A DNA stretch of 64,000 nucleotides from an uncultured cyanobacterium (GTDB lineage Bacteria; Cyanobacteriota; Cyanobacteriia; Cyanobacteriales; Nostocaceae). Within the stretch, counting starts at the first letter, position 1, and each line of letters starts with the position of its first letter. The notes under the pieces are model-generated. The model did not search any database and had not been told where the DNA came from. It saw only the letters and a list, made by a program, of their open reading frames with translations. The stretch is from the NCBI GenBank assembly GCA_963706595.1, contig OY970166.1, forward strand, positions 3,680,001 through 3,744,000, written 5' to 3'. Made by a program: the position numbers and the translations under genes. Shown piece after piece: positions 1 to 10,650 of this stretch.

Positions 1-1745
1 TAAAATTTAAACTTGAGCAGGCTTTGGTGGCTGCTTTTGGCGATGAGTACGCCGGAGTAGATCCGATTTTGGTGACTGCGAGTAATCCTAAATTTGGTGA
101 TTATCAGGCGAATGTGGCTTTATCGCTGAGTAAAAGGTTGGGACAGCAACCAAGGGCGATCGCCTCTGCTATTGTTGAGAAATTAGATGTATCTGATTTT
201 TGTGAAACGCCAGAGATAGCTGGGCCTGGTTTTATCAATCTTAAACTCAAAATTTCATATTTAGAAGCACAACTCAACGCTATTCAGGCAGATTCTCGGC
301 TAGGAGTTCCCAAGACGGAAGCGCCAAAACAAGAAATTGTGGATTTCTCTAGTCCGAATATTGCTAAAGAAATGCACGTGGGACATTTGCGTTCTACGAT
401 TATCGGTGATTCTATAGCCCGGATTTTGGAATTTCAAGGACATGATGTTTTACGGTTAAATCATGTTGGTGATTGGGGTACGCAGTTTGGAATGTTAATT
501 ACCTACTTGCGGGAAGTTTACCCAGAAGCTTTAACCACTGCTAATGCTTTAGATATTGGAGATTTAGTCAGTTTCTACCGCAAAGCTAAACAGCGCTTTG
601 ATGAAGATGAGACTTTTCAAGAAACTGCGCGACTGGAAGTAGTGAGATTACAAGCAGGTGCTGAAGATACGCTTCATGCTTGGAAACTTTTATGCGAACA
701 GTCTCGGCGCGAGTTTCAGATAATTTATGACTTGCTAGATGTGCAAGTAATTGAACGCGGAGAATCTTTCTATAATCCCCAACTTCCTTCAGTGGTGGAA
801 GATTTGGCAAAATCTGGGTTACTGGTGGAGAATCAAGGCGCTCAGGTGGTTTTCCTGGAAGGTTTTACCAACCGGGAAGGCGAACCTATGCCTTTGATTG
901 TGCAGAAATCGGATGGTGGTTATAACTACGCGACGACAGATTTAGCAGCTTTGCGTTATCGGGTTCAGCAAGATGAAGCTAAACGGATAATTTATGTAAC
1001 GGATTCTGGACAAAGTAACCATTTTTCTCAATTTTTCCAAGTCGCACGCAAGGCGGGATGGGTTCCTGATGATGTGGAACTGGTTCATGTTCCTTTTGGT
1101 TTGGTATTAGGGGAAGATGGGAAAAAATTTAAAACTCGTTCTGGTGATACTGTCAGGTTGCGGGATTTATTAGATGAGGCTGTGATTCGCGCCCGTGCAG
1201 ATTTAGAAGCTAGATTAAAGGAAGAAGAACGAGAAGAAACTGAAGAATTTATTAGTGAAGTTGCTGAAATAGTTGGTATCAGTGCGGTTAAATATGCTGA
1301 TTTAAGTCAGAATCGTACCAGTGATTATATTTTCAGCTACGATAAAATGCTGGATCTGAAGGGGAATACTGCTCCCTATATGTTGTATGCTTATGCACGG
1401 ATTCAGGGAATTAGCCGCAAGGGTGGAATTAATTTTGCTGAGTTGGGTGAGAATGTGAAGGTGCTTTTACAGCATGAGACGGAGTTGGCTTTGGCTAAGT
1501 ATTTACTGCAATTGGATGGGGTGATTAGTAGTGTTGAGCAAGAGTTGCTACCTAATCGTTTATGTGAATATTTGTATGAGTTGAGTAAGAAGTTTAATCA
1601 GTTTTATGATCGGAATCAGGGGGTACGGGTGCTTGAGGCTGAGGAACCTTTGCGGACTTCTCGTTTGGTTTTGTGTGATTTGACTGCTAGAACTTTGCGG
1701 TTGGGTTTGGATTTGCTGGGGATTCGGGTTTTGGAGAGGATGTAG
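1..1745 (+). CDS. argS: Arginine--tRNA ligase, 5' end lies before the window
   Basis: [20 protein letters not shown] (HIGH-type) and KFKTRSG motifs; frame is open back to base 3 (KFKLEQALV). Confidence 0.97.
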   Translation, partial: KFKLEQALVAAFGDEYAGVDPILVTASNPKFGDYQANVALSLSKRLGQQPRAIASAIVEKLDVSDFCETPEIAGPGFINLKLKISYLEAQLNAIQADSRLGVPKTEAPKQEIVDFSSPNIAKEMHVGHLRSTIIGDSIARILEFQGHDVLRLNHVGDWGTQFGMLITYLREVYPEALTTANALDIGDLVSFYRKAKQRFDEDETFQETARLEVVRLQAGAEDTLHAWKLLCEQSRREFQIIYDLLDVQVIERGESFYNPQLPSVVEDLAKSGLLVENQGAQVVFLEGFTNREGEPMPLIVQKSDGGYNYATTDLAALRYRVQQDEAKRIIYVTDSGQSNHFSQFFQVARKAGWVPDDVELVHVPFGLVLGEDGKKFKTRSGDTVRLRDLLDEAVIRARADLEARLKEEEREETEEFISEVAEIVGISAVKYADLSQNRTSDYIFSYDKMLDLKGNTAPYMLYAYARIQGISRKGGINFAELGENVKVLLQHETELALAKYLLQLDGVISSVEQELLPNRLCEYLYELSKKFNQFYDRNQGVRVLEAEEPLRTSRLVLCDLTARTLRLGLDLLGIRVLERM

Positions 1746-1877
1746 GAGGAGAAGATTTTAACGCAAAGGGACGCGGAGGTAACGCAGAGGTACGCGGAGA
1801 GTTTTTGGCTGGGTTTCGATGGGGGTGACGTTTCCTTTTATTATGGGTAGTAATACTAATCTGAATGTGCGATCGCT

Positions 1878-2159
1878 ATGACTGATAAGGAAATTAAACA
1901 GTTAATGGAGAGTAATGCTAAGACTGTTCAGGCGATGTTGGATGAAATTGCTGATGCTCGTCAGGAACGTCAAGAATTGCGGGAGGGTATGGTACAACTC
2001 CAGAATGCTGTGGCAAAGTTGACTAATATACAGGAGTCTATCGCTAATTTGTTGGTTTCTTTGGATGGCGATCGCCCCACTATTTTGAAGAAACTCACGG
2101 CTATTGAGTGTAAGCTGGATCAGTTATTGCCAGAAGAATTAACAGATGAAGCTGAATAA
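1878..2159 (+). CDS. Small coiled-coil hypothetical protein
   Basis: 93-aa ORF with heptad-like pattern, contains a HIP1 site. Confidence 0.7.
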   Translation: MTDKEIKQLMESNAKTVQAMLDEIADARQERQELREGMVQLQNAVAKLTNIQESIANLLVSLDGDRPTILKKLTAIECKLDQLLPEELTDEAE

Positions 2160-2162
2160 TGT

Positions 2163-2186
2163 AACCTCACACGAGTTGGTGAGGCT
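2163..2186. terminator. Hairpin between convergent genes, probable bidirectional terminator
   Basis: CCTCAC...GTGAGG stem between two facing stop codons. Confidence 0.45.
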
Positions 2187-2192
2187 ATCTGC

Positions 2193-2555
2193 TTAATTTT
2201 CAATTAAAACGGTGACAGATGCTACTGCTATCAACATTTCATCATTTTTGTCGTTGAGTGAGGCGATCGCTCTTCCTTGTACTACCATTCCCCCGGATTC
2301 TACGGTTAAGCTTTTACGCCCAAAGGGTAGTACAGCTAGGACTTCTTCTTCTCTGACTTGTTCGGGATAAGGAACGGCGATTTGAACTTCTACAATCATT
2401 TCATTGGGATCGTTCAAACCTGCGACTTCCCAAACACCGGGTAAGGCGTTGTGTGCGATCGCATTACGCACGGCTCTTGCTGCTGCTACGGTGGGTTCTT
2501 GTCCGTGCTGATCTATTCCCATACCCATCTCAATAATTAAGCGTTTACGCGCCAC
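2193..2555 (-). CDS. Lin0512 family protein
   Basis: IIEMGMGIDQHGQEPTVAAARAVRNAI signature; GGAGG RBS before GTG. Confidence 0.85.
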   Translation of the reverse strand: MARKRLIIEMGMGIDQHGQEPTVAAARAVRNAIAHNALPGVWEVAGLNDPNEMIVEVQIAVPYPEQVREEEVLAVLPFGRKSLTVESGGMVVQGRAIASLNDKNDEMLIAVASVTVLIEN

Positions 2556-2765
2556 AGCTACCTCCTAAAGATATTTCATTTCTCACTCTATCGGTCAACA
2601 TTTTATCTATTTTGCCGTTATTTATGTGACAATCTTAGGAGGAATAATTAAATTTAAAGCAAAATATTCACCTAAATAGGCTGCTGCGCTAAAATAGGGG
2701 CATTGGGGTAAAAATCTCTGCGAATAGTTTCAAGAAATGAACAATTTTTACCCAATTCAGTCACA

Positions 2766-3104
2766 ATGTCTCAAGAGCATAACGAATCAATCCAAATTCA
2801 GCAAATAGCTAGTCTGAAACCAAAACATTTTGCTGATTTAATTAGAGCCGCTCAGTTAATTTTTGACCCGGCTGCGGGACTTACAATTAGACAGGTAGAA
2901 GTTAACTGGCAAGATTTTGGCATTCCGAAAGATGTAGAACACAATCTCAAAGACCTGGGTTTGCACTATCAATATGCTTCTCCTCATATTCCTGGCGATG
3001 TTATTTGGAGTCAATTAACTCCTGAAACTAGAGTTTGGTTTCTGAATAATAAAGATGATTTGTGGCGGTTTGAGGAGGCTTTTCCGGCGCTAGATGAGGA
3101 CTAA
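2766..3104 (+). CDS. Conserved cyanobacterial hypothetical protein
   Basis: 112-aa ORF with normal composition. Confidence 0.7.
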   Translation: MSQEHNESIQIQQIASLKPKHFADLIRAAQLIFDPAAGLTIRQVEVNWQDFGIPKDVEHNLKDLGLHYQYASPHIPGDVIWSQLTPETRVWFLNNKDDLWRFEEAFPALDED

Positions 3105-3140
3105 CGCCGCTACGCGGAAATCAAAAGTCAAGCGACAGTT

Positions 3141-3305
3141 TAAGAGGTTGTTTGAAAAGTCAAATTTATTACAGCCCTGGCGACTAGAAGTTGCGGCTAT
3201 ACAAACTAAACCCGCCTGCGCGGGTTAAAAATCCCACTTTTTGATTAGTCCACGCAGGTGGACTTGGCCTGTGTAGTAGCGAATTATATTCGCCCAAAAC
3301 TTTTC
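3141..3305. repeat. Palindromic MITE-like dispersed repeat
   Basis: Core GGCGACTAGAAGTTGCGGCTATACAAAC...AACCCGCCTGCGCGGGTT...GTCCACGCAGGTGGAC; related copy at 26462-26614. Confidence 0.7.
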
Positions 3306-3310
3306 TGTGG

Positions 3311-3425
3311 TGGCGTGATCGAGTTCAAATAGTGCATTAATTTGGATGGAATTAAACGCTGATAAACGCTGATAAACGCCGATAAATTGTTTTTATTGAT
3401 GCACTAGGTTAGTCTGATCACGCCA
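3311..3425. repeat. MITE-like inverted-repeat element with internal 10-mer tandem (TAAACGCTGA)
   Basis: TGGCGTGATC/GATCACGCCA and TAGTGCAT/ATGCACTA inverted pairs. Confidence 0.6.
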
Positions 3426-5080
3426 AGAATTAAATTATAAATTTCGCAGTTTAACTCATTAGCTTTTTGGCTAAAGCGGTGATTTTCGCGGTAGTCTACT
3501 GGACAATCAATGACAGCAGGTACATCTTGGGCGAGGGCTTCTTTAAGTATGGGGATGAAGTCTGTCGCCGATTCAACTCTGTAACCTTTTAAACCCATGC
3601 TTTCGGCTAATTTGACAAAATCAGGATTACCAAAATGGACAAAAGATGAATTACCTTTGCCAAATTGATTTTCTTGTTTCCACTCAATTAACCCATAGCC
3701 ACCATCGTTAAATATTAAGGTGACAAAGGGAGTACCAACTCGCAAGGCTGTTTCTAATTCCTGACAATTCATCATAAAGCCGCCGTCGCCAGTTACTGCT
3801 ACAACTTTGCGGTTAGGAGAAACCAGTTTTGCGGCTAAAGCACCAGGAATCGCAATCCCCATTGCTGCAAAACCATTAGAAATTAAGCAAGTATTTGGAC
3901 TATGGCAATGATAATGTCTGGCAATCCACATTTTATGTGCGCCAACATCAGAAATTACAATATCATCTGGTCCCATTACTTGCCGTAAGTCATAAATTAA
4001 TTTTTGCGGTTTAATGGGAAAACCATCATCATGAGCATACTCTTCGTAATCAGCACGAATATTTTCCCGCAAGCTGATAGCATAGGGATTGGGTTTACTC
4101 TGTCTATCTGCTAATTTTAAAATTTCATTCAGGGAATCGGAAATATCCCCCAATACTTCGACATTAGGAATATAACTGCTGTCAATTTCTGCCGAATTTG
4201 CTGCAATATGAATAATGGGAATATTGCCTTCTGGATTCCATTTTTTCGGGGAAAATTCGATTAAATCATAGCCAATAGCAATTACCAAATCTGTATGATC
4301 AAAACCACAGGTAATGAAATCTCTTTGCTGTAATCCCACTGACCATAAAGCCAAGGGATGAGTATAAGGAATTACGCCTTTACCCATGAATGTATTCACC
4401 ACAGGCATATTCATTTGGGTGGCAAATTGCGTAACTGCATCACTGGCATGAGCGCGAATTGCTCCATTACCTACTAAGATAATGGGGTTAACTGCTTGAG
4501 AAATTGCCGCGGCGGCTGCACGAATACAAGCAAAGGAAGCATAGCTTTTTTCGATGTTATCTTTTCGCAATGGCTTACCTTCTACAGGCATAGCAGCAAT
4601 ATTTTCTGGCAAATCGATGTGAACTGCACCGGGTTTTTCAGTTTGCGATCGCTTGAATGCTTTGCGGACTACTTCTGGTGTAATACTAGGTCTAACAATC
4701 TGTTTATTCCACTTAGTAACTGGGGCAAACATTGCCACCAAATCCAAATATTGATGGGATTCGATGTGCATTCTATCTGTTCCCACTTGACCTGTAATTG
4801 CTACTAATGGCGCACCATCTAGGTTAGCATCTGCTACTCCAGTCATTAAGTTTGTCGCCCCAGGTCCAAGAGTAGAAAGACAGACTCCAGCTTTTCCAGT
4901 CAAACGTCCGTAGACATCCGCCATGAATGCTGCGCCCTGTTCATGACGCGTAGTAATAAATTTAATGGAAGAATGTTTTAGTGCTTCTAAAACGTGTAGG
5001 TTTTCTTCACCAGGAAGACCAAAAACATATTGTACCCCTTCATTTTCCAGACACTGCACCAACAATTCAGCTGTATTCAT
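3404..5080 (-). CDS. ogdA: ThDP-dependent acetolactate-synthase-like enzyme, likely 2-oxoglutarate decarboxylase
   Basis: FGLPGEEN, TRHEQGAAFMA and GDGGF..N ThDP motifs; directly downstream of SSADH as in the cyanobacterial TCA bypass. Confidence 0.8.
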   Translation of the reverse strand: MNTAELLVQCLENEGVQYVFGLPGEENLHVLEALKHSSIKFITTRHEQGAAFMADVYGRLTGKAGVCLSTLGPGATNLMTGVADANLDGAPLVAITGQVGTDRMHIESHQYLDLVAMFAPVTKWNKQIVRPSITPEVVRKAFKRSQTEKPGAVHIDLPENIAAMPVEGKPLRKDNIEKSYASFACIRAAAAAISQAVNPIILVGNGAIRAHASDAVTQFATQMNMPVVNTFMGKGVIPYTHPLALWSVGLQQRDFITCGFDHTDLVIAIGYDLIEFSPKKWNPEGNIPIIHIAANSAEIDSSYIPNVEVLGDISDSLNEILKLADRQSKPNPYAISLRENIRADYEEYAHDDGFPIKPQKLIYDLRQVMGPDDIVISDVGAHKMWIARHYHCHSPNTCLISNGFAAMGIAIPGALAAKLVSPNRKVVAVTGDGGFMMNCQELETALRVGTPFVTLIFNDGGYGLIEWKQENQFGKGNSSFVHFGNPDFVKLAESMGLKGYRVESATDFIPILKEALAQDVPAVIDCPVDYRENHRFSQKANELNCEIYNLILGVIRLT

Positions 5081-5128
5081 TTGATTTCCTCACTGGTTAT
5101 AAATTAAGACGGGAGTGGGGATTGGTTG

Positions 5129-5190
5129 GTCAGGGCGGGTTTACTAATATCGTCGTTGATATTAAATGATATCTATGAACCCGCCCCTAC
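5129..5190. repeat. GTAG-type REP-like hairpin
   Basis: AGGGCGGGTTT...AACCCGCCCCTAC. Confidence 0.6.
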
Positions 5191-5199
5191 TGGGTATTG

Positions 5200-6567
5200 T
5201 CACTGCACCCACACGGTTTTAAGATTGACAAATTCATGTATACCTTGAATACTCAATTCTCTGCCGTATCCAGAACGCTTGATGCCACCAAAGGGTAAGC
5301 GGGGGTCGGATTTAACCATGCTGTTGATAAATACAGCACCTGCTTCGATTTCGGCAATCAGGCGATCGCGTTCTTGGTCGTTAGTTGTCCAAGCACTTGC
5401 ACCCAAGCCAAAAGGTGTAGCATTAGCTAATTGAATCGCGGCGTTAATATCTGGTACACGGAATAATAATGCCACTGGACCAAAGAATTCTTCCTGTGCG
5501 ATCGCACTATCTAGAGGAATATCTGTAATAATCGTCGGCGGGTAAAAGTTGCCGGGACGATCTGCGAAAGGATGTCCACCAGTGAGGACTTTACCGCCAC
5601 TTTTAACGGCTGTTTGTACTTGTTGATGTAAATCTTGGAGAAGATCAGGGGTTGCTAGTCGGCCTAAATCAGTATCTGGTTGCATGGGATCGCCAACTTT
5701 CAGCGCCTGAAATTTATCTAAAAGTAGCTTTTCAAATTCAGGTGCGATCGCCTCTGCAATAATAAACCGTTTCGCTGCTATACATGATTGCCCATTATTC
5801 AACATCCTGGCGGAAGTAGCTGTAGCAACTGCGGTCTCTAAATCAGCGCTTTCTAAAACAATAAACGGGTCACTACCTCCCAATTCCAAAACAGTTTTTT
5901 TAATTTGTTTCCCAGCAACAGAGGCGAGGGATGCACCCGCGGGTTCGCTTCCAGTTAAGGTAGCAGCTTTTACCCGGTCATCAGCCATGATATCGGCAAC
6001 TTTAGCCGCACCGATTAATAGTGTTTGAAAAGCGCCTTCAGGAAAACCAGCCCGGTGAATAATATCTGCAATTGCCAAAGCGCACTGCGGCACATTAGAA
6101 GCGTGTTTAAGTAAGCCGACGTTGCCCGCCATCAGCGTTGGTGCGGCAAAACGAAAGACTTGCCAGAAGGGGAAATTCCACGGCATTACAGCCAAAATTA
6201 CGCCCATAGGATGATAGCGCACAAAGCTTTGGCTGGCATCGGTTTTGATTGTCACATCAGCGAGAAAACTCGGTGCGTGTTCGGCGTAATAGTTACAAAC
6301 CAGGGCGCATTTTTCGACTTCTGCGACCGCGGCTTTATAGGTCTTGCCCATTTCCAGGGTCATGATTTTAGCAAAATCGGCTTTTTCTTGCTGTAAAATT
6401 ATTGCAGCTTTTTCTAGCCATTGCGATCGCGCAGAAAAACTCGTCTTACGGTACTGTTCAAAAGTCTGACCAGCCAAATCCAGTTTAGAGGCAATCTCTG
6501 CATCCTTGAGTGGCTCAAAGATTTTGATCGTCTCCCCAGTGGCGGGATTAATGGTGGCGATAGCCAT
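5200..6567 (-). CDS. gabD: NAD(P)-dependent succinate-semialdehyde dehydrogenase
   Basis: PWNFP, LELGGSDP, NNGQSC, EEFFGP motifs; start set at MAIATINP behind a GGAGG RBS. Confidence 0.92.
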   Translation of the reverse strand: MAIATINPATGETIKIFEPLKDAEIASKLDLAGQTFEQYRKTSFSARSQWLEKAAIILQQEKADFAKIMTLEMGKTYKAAVAEVEKCALVCNYYAEHAPSFLADVTIKTDASQSFVRYHPMGVILAVMPWNFPFWQVFRFAAPTLMAGNVGLLKHASNVPQCALAIADIIHRAGFPEGAFQTLLIGAAKVADIMADDRVKAATLTGSEPAGASLASVAGKQIKKTVLELGGSDPFIVLESADLETAVATATSARMLNNGQSCIAAKRFIIAEAIAPEFEKLLLDKFQALKVGDPMQPDTDLGRLATPDLLQDLHQQVQTAVKSGGKVLTGGHPFADRPGNFYPPTIITDIPLDSAIAQEEFFGPVALLFRVPDINAAIQLANATPFGLGASAWTTNDQERDRLIAEIEAGAVFINSMVKSDPRLPFGGIKRSGYGRELSIQGIHEFVNLKTVWVQ

Positions 6568-7381
6568 TGCCTGACCTCCCGTTAAAATAGCTTGAGGTAG
6601 CTTCCTAGTGTTACACAGATTAATTGCGGAAGCTATACCCAAATTTTAGTCTTTTGCTGAAGTTAAATATTTTTTTACTTAAAAACTGCAATTATTTTTA
6701 TATTTAAATATACTTGGTTTCTCAGTAAATTTTACGTAATTCAATACATTAAAAAACGGCATCTTGGTCTCTCTGGCTTCTCTGGAAAAGGGATAAAACC
6801 TAAAACGCTGTCTTTTCAATAAATCATCATTGATTAATCCCTTAGCACTGGTGAGAGGAGAAACTGTTTTGTCAGAAAAAATTAATAATAACTACTTTAG
6901 GACTCACCCACAAAACCCCTCAAACTCTTATTCCTCAGTGTACTGTGTGCCTCTGTGGTATGCGCTACGCAAACGCTTTAGCGATACGTTTTTTCTAAAT
7001 ATTTCTGGGGCGCAGGTGATTACGCCCTTGAGAATTAAAATATTGAACTTCACCCCCAGCCCCTCTCCTTGGTGAGAAGAGGGGAAACTTTGAGGAGTTA
7101 AATAATCTTAGCGGAACGTAAACCAAACAGTAGACCTACGGCTACGCCCATGAAAATTGCCAAAAAGGCGATATAAGCTATGACTCCAAACATTTCTCTT
7201 TCTCCACAATACTTAACTAATCTATTGAATCACGGGGAATGGGCAATGGGGAATGGGGCTTTGAGCATGGGAGTAGAAAAATATTGCTTCATCTCCCTGA
7301 TTTTTCCCATATTCTTCATCACCCGTAACTCCCCACATTGCGATAGAATACAGCCCACGGGCGCTTATTTGGGTTTAGGCA

Positions 7382-8473
7382 ATGACTTCTGTAATTAATG
7401 TAAATCTACCGCAGCAGTCTTATGAGATTGCGATCGCACCTTCAAGCTTAGACCAATTGGGTCAAAAAATGGCTAGTTTGAATCTAGGCAAAAAGGTTTT
7501 AGTTGTTTCTAATCCCAGTATTTTTAAGCATTACAGCGAAGCAGCGATAGAATCTCTGATATCGGCTGGTTTTGAAGTAGCTAGTTACAACCTCCCACCA
7601 GGGGAACGCTACAAAACCCTCAACTCTATTCAAAAACTCTACGATATTGCTTTAGAAAACCGCCTAGAACGTTCTTCTACAATGGTGGCCTTGGGGGGAG
7701 GCGTAATTGGTGATATGACAGGCTTTGCTGCCGCCACTTGGCTACGAGGCATTAATGTCGTGCAAGTACCTACCACTCTGTTAGCAATGGTAGATTCGGC
7801 AATTGGTGGCAAAACTGGTGTCAATCATCCCCAGGGCAAAAATTTAATTGGGGCTTTTCATCAGCCACGTTTAGTATTAATTAGCCCAGAAACTCTGAAA
7901 ACTCTGCCTATGCGTGAATTCCGCGCCGGAATGGCAGAGGTGATTAAATACGGTGTGATTTGGGATGCTGAATTATTTGCCGAGATGGAAGCAAGTAAAC
8001 ATCTCAATCAACTCCGCTATATAAAACCAGAATTTATAGAATACATATTAACCCGTTCTTGTCAAGCTAAAGCCGATGTCGTGGGGAAAGATGAAAAAGA
8101 AGGCGGACTACGGGCGATTCTCAATTATGGCCACACCATTGGTCACGCCGTAGAAAGCTTAACAGGTTATCGTTTACTCAAGCATGGGGAAGCCGTGGCT
8201 ATTGGCATGGTAGCAGCCGGACAGATTGCGGTGGAACTAGGAATGTGGCAACAGGAAGAAACAGAACGGCAAAATGACCTCATTCAAAAAGCGGGTTTAC
8301 CAACTCAGCTACCACAAGGTATAGATATTGAAGCAATTATTGATGCGTTGCAATTAGATAAGAAAGTCAAAGCAGGTAAAGTCAGGTTTGTTTTACCGAC
8401 ACAAATAGGTGCAGTGACAGTTACCGATGAAGTGCCAACTGAGACTATCCGGCGGGTATTACAGAAAATGTAA
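7382..8473 (+). CDS. aroB: 3-dehydroquinate synthase
   Basis: [26 protein letters not shown]. Confidence 0.97.
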   Translation: MTSVINVNLPQQSYEIAIAPSSLDQLGQKMASLNLGKKVLVVSNPSIFKHYSEAAIESLISAGFEVASYNLPPGERYKTLNSIQKLYDIALENRLERSSTMVALGGGVIGDMTGFAAATWLRGINVVQVPTTLLAMVDSAIGGKTGVNHPQGKNLIGAFHQPRLVLISPETLKTLPMREFRAGMAEVIKYGVIWDAELFAEMEASKHLNQLRYIKPEFIEYILTRSCQAKADVVGKDEKEGGLRAILNYGHTIGHAVESLTGYRLLKHGEAVAIGMVAAGQIAVELGMWQQEETERQNDLIQKAGLPTQLPQGIDIEAIIDALQLDKKVKAGKVRFVLPTQIGAVTVTDEVPTETIRRVLQKM

Positions 8474-8500
8474 TTCGTAATTCACTTTTATTAATTTGAA

Positions 8501-9283
8501 TTACTTAATCTTTTGCCCGACAATAATCAATGAATAGGAACCATCTACATCTTCAACTGTTGGATAAGCAATCAGATAAGAGAGGTGACGAATAATTTCT
8601 GGGAAACTTAAGTAGGAATATTCTCCTAATCGTTGTTGAATTGAGCGATTTCGTAAAAGCTGAGTTTCCCGCTTAAATAAAATGTTTGACCAAGCTTGAC
8701 CAACTCGATAGTTCACTTTCAAACCATTGAATTCAAGTAAGCGAGAAAGGGATTGATAGCTAAAAAACTGTTTATGACAAGAATTTGTGGGTAAGCCGGC
8801 ATCGTCGCGAGGTTCGTATAAAACATTAGGAACCGAGCAAATTAGAAATCCTCCCGGTGACAAAAGTTGAGAAAATTGCTCTAACACACTGCTAGGATTA
8901 ATTAAATGTTCCAATGTTTCAAAACTGACGATAGCATCAATAGTTGGGTGAGTTTTATCGGCTAATAAACCAGATTGATCTAAATTATGTTGAATCAATC
9001 TAGTTTGAGAATTATTACACTGCTGTGCTGCTTGTTTTAGCAGTTCTGAATTTCCATCTACACCGATTACTAAATCAGCAACTCTTTCTAGTTCGTGTAT
9101 TCCATAGCCCACCCCACAAGCAATGTCAGCAATGCAGGTAAGATGAAATTGACGGAGGTAATCGGCGGCAAATAAATAACGTCCTAAATGCTCAATTTTA
9201 ACCCATAAATTCTTGTCTGTTTGATCAAATGGATTTATACAATCTTCTCCAAAATCGAGGTTAGTGTTGATTTTTTCTGGCAA
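8501..9283 (-). CDS. Class I SAM-dependent methyltransferase
   Basis: DIACGVGYG, SFETLEHL, EHLGRY motifs; TTG start. Confidence 0.85.
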   Translation of the reverse strand: MPEKINTNLDFGEDCINPFDQTDKNLWVKIEHLGRYLFAADYLRQFHLTCIADIACGVGYGIHELERVADLVIGVDGNSELLKQAAQQCNNSQTRLIQHNLDQSGLLADKTHPTIDAIVSFETLEHLINPSSVLEQFSQLLSPGGFLICSVPNVLYEPRDDAGLPTNSCHKQFFSYQSLSRLLEFNGLKVNYRVGQAWSNILFKRETQLLRNRSIQQRLGEYSYLSFPEIIRHLSYLIAYPTVEDVDGSYSLIIVGQKIK

Positions 9284-9339
9284 AATGTTTTCTTTGATTT
9301 GAACATCAATGATAGCAATTCAGATAAGTAAAAATGTGA

Positions 9340-9477
9340 TTAATGAGCTATCACGTTAATCAGTTTTTCTGGAACATTCTGCGCGAACGGTTTCGTAAAA
9401 GCATCATCATAGGCAAAGATTTGACGCAATTTCGGTTCAGCTTCTAATTGGTACTCAGATTCAGTTAAAGTTCGCAT
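9340..9477 (-). pseudogene. Short gene fragment (MRTLTESEYQ...), probably truncated
   Basis: 45 protein-like codons ending abruptly upstream of the methyltransferase. Confidence 0.4.
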
Positions 9478-9671
9478 AGAATAAATTTGATCACAGTTGT
9501 TCAAATTTTCTAGTACAGGACAATGTAAATAGCACAACTATTTACATTTCCATCTTACCTTTTATTTACGCAAAAACTTTTCAAACCCTGATTCTTCTGT
9601 GCTTAATGTGGTTCATTTTTATCGGACTTATGCGTAAATTACGTATATTTTGCAACATTTAAAATACGCGT

Positions 9672-10154
9672 TTAGAAAGTAGGACTGTGTTCTGAATCCC
9701 AACATTTGTCTTCATTCCAAATTCGATCAGTTCGTTCGCATTCAAATTGATTATTAATCCAAGGAATCGACGTAGGGTAGGGCGACGAGGTGGGTACGGA
9801 AGAAATTGAGGACAATACTAGTGTAAAGAGAGCAAGACTAGAAACTATAAATATAATTAAAAGTCCTAATAATAATAAGATATTAATAGGGTTACGCAAA
9901 GGATACATACCTTTTTTATAATGCAAACACTGTTTTGAACGACGTTCTTTACCTGCTAATACAACCATATAAAACTTTGATCTGAAAATGGGCAATGAAA
10001 CTCTTATGCTTAAAAAATGACGATTGTGACTATGAGATTCACAAGCAGTTTTTAGGGCTTGTATTTGCTCATGAGTTAAGGTTTTTTTAACTTCCGGAGA
10101 TATTTTATGATAAAATTGCTCAAAGCTAGGATGAAAACACTGTGAGTTTTTCAT
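9672..10154 (-). CDS. Hypothetical membrane protein
   Basis: One TM helix, YMVVLAGKERRS motif, C-terminal PTSIPW..C..W..CW module. Confidence 0.7.
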   Translation of the reverse strand: MKNSQCFHPSFEQFYHKISPEVKKTLTHEQIQALKTACESHSHNRHFLSIRVSLPIFRSKFYMVVLAGKERRSKQCLHYKKGMYPLRNPINILLLLGLLIIFIVSSLALFTLVLSSISSVPTSSPYPTSIPWINNQFECERTDRIWNEDKCWDSEHSPTF

Positions 10155-10488
10155 GTGGACAGTAATTCATTATTATTTAAAAAATGTGTTGGTAAATTCA
10201 CCCCATAAAACAATATTTGTTTTGCAAGTAATTAGCTATTTAATATTAGCATTAAACTAGATTTTTATTTATATTAATAGTGTAAAGTTGATGAAAACTT
10301 AGTATCAATTTGATGAAATTTGTTCTTTAAATTCCAGCAATAACCATTAGTGAGTGAGTCTTTTTGATAATCAAAAACTGTAACTCCTATCTTTAGTCCA
10401 CTAATTTGTTAAAAAATGCCCGCTAAAAAAACTATTATTTCCTAAATTTTGCAGTACAACCCAAACCTTTTGGAGAAGTTGCAAGACG

Positions 10489-10599
10489 CTAGTACCGCAA
10501 GGCGGAAGTCAAAAGTCAAAAGTCAAAAGTCAAAAAGCTTATAAAATGGGCTTTTCATGGATTTTGAATGGTCTGTTTATTTACACCGACTTGTACTAG
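10489..10599. mobile_element. CTAG-bounded MITE with (GTCAAAA)n core
   Basis: CTAGTAC...GTACTAG ends; inverted relative at 46537-46704; end fragment near 36277-36310. Confidence 0.7.
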
Positions 10600-10650
10600 C
10601 TAACGAACTAAGGATTCACAAACTAGTTTACAAATAAGTTACACACCCCG

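Noticed and set aside
6830..7398. ORFs 6830-7075 and 7180-7398
   Set aside because: Composed largely of MITE, REP and STRR sequence; no protein-like features
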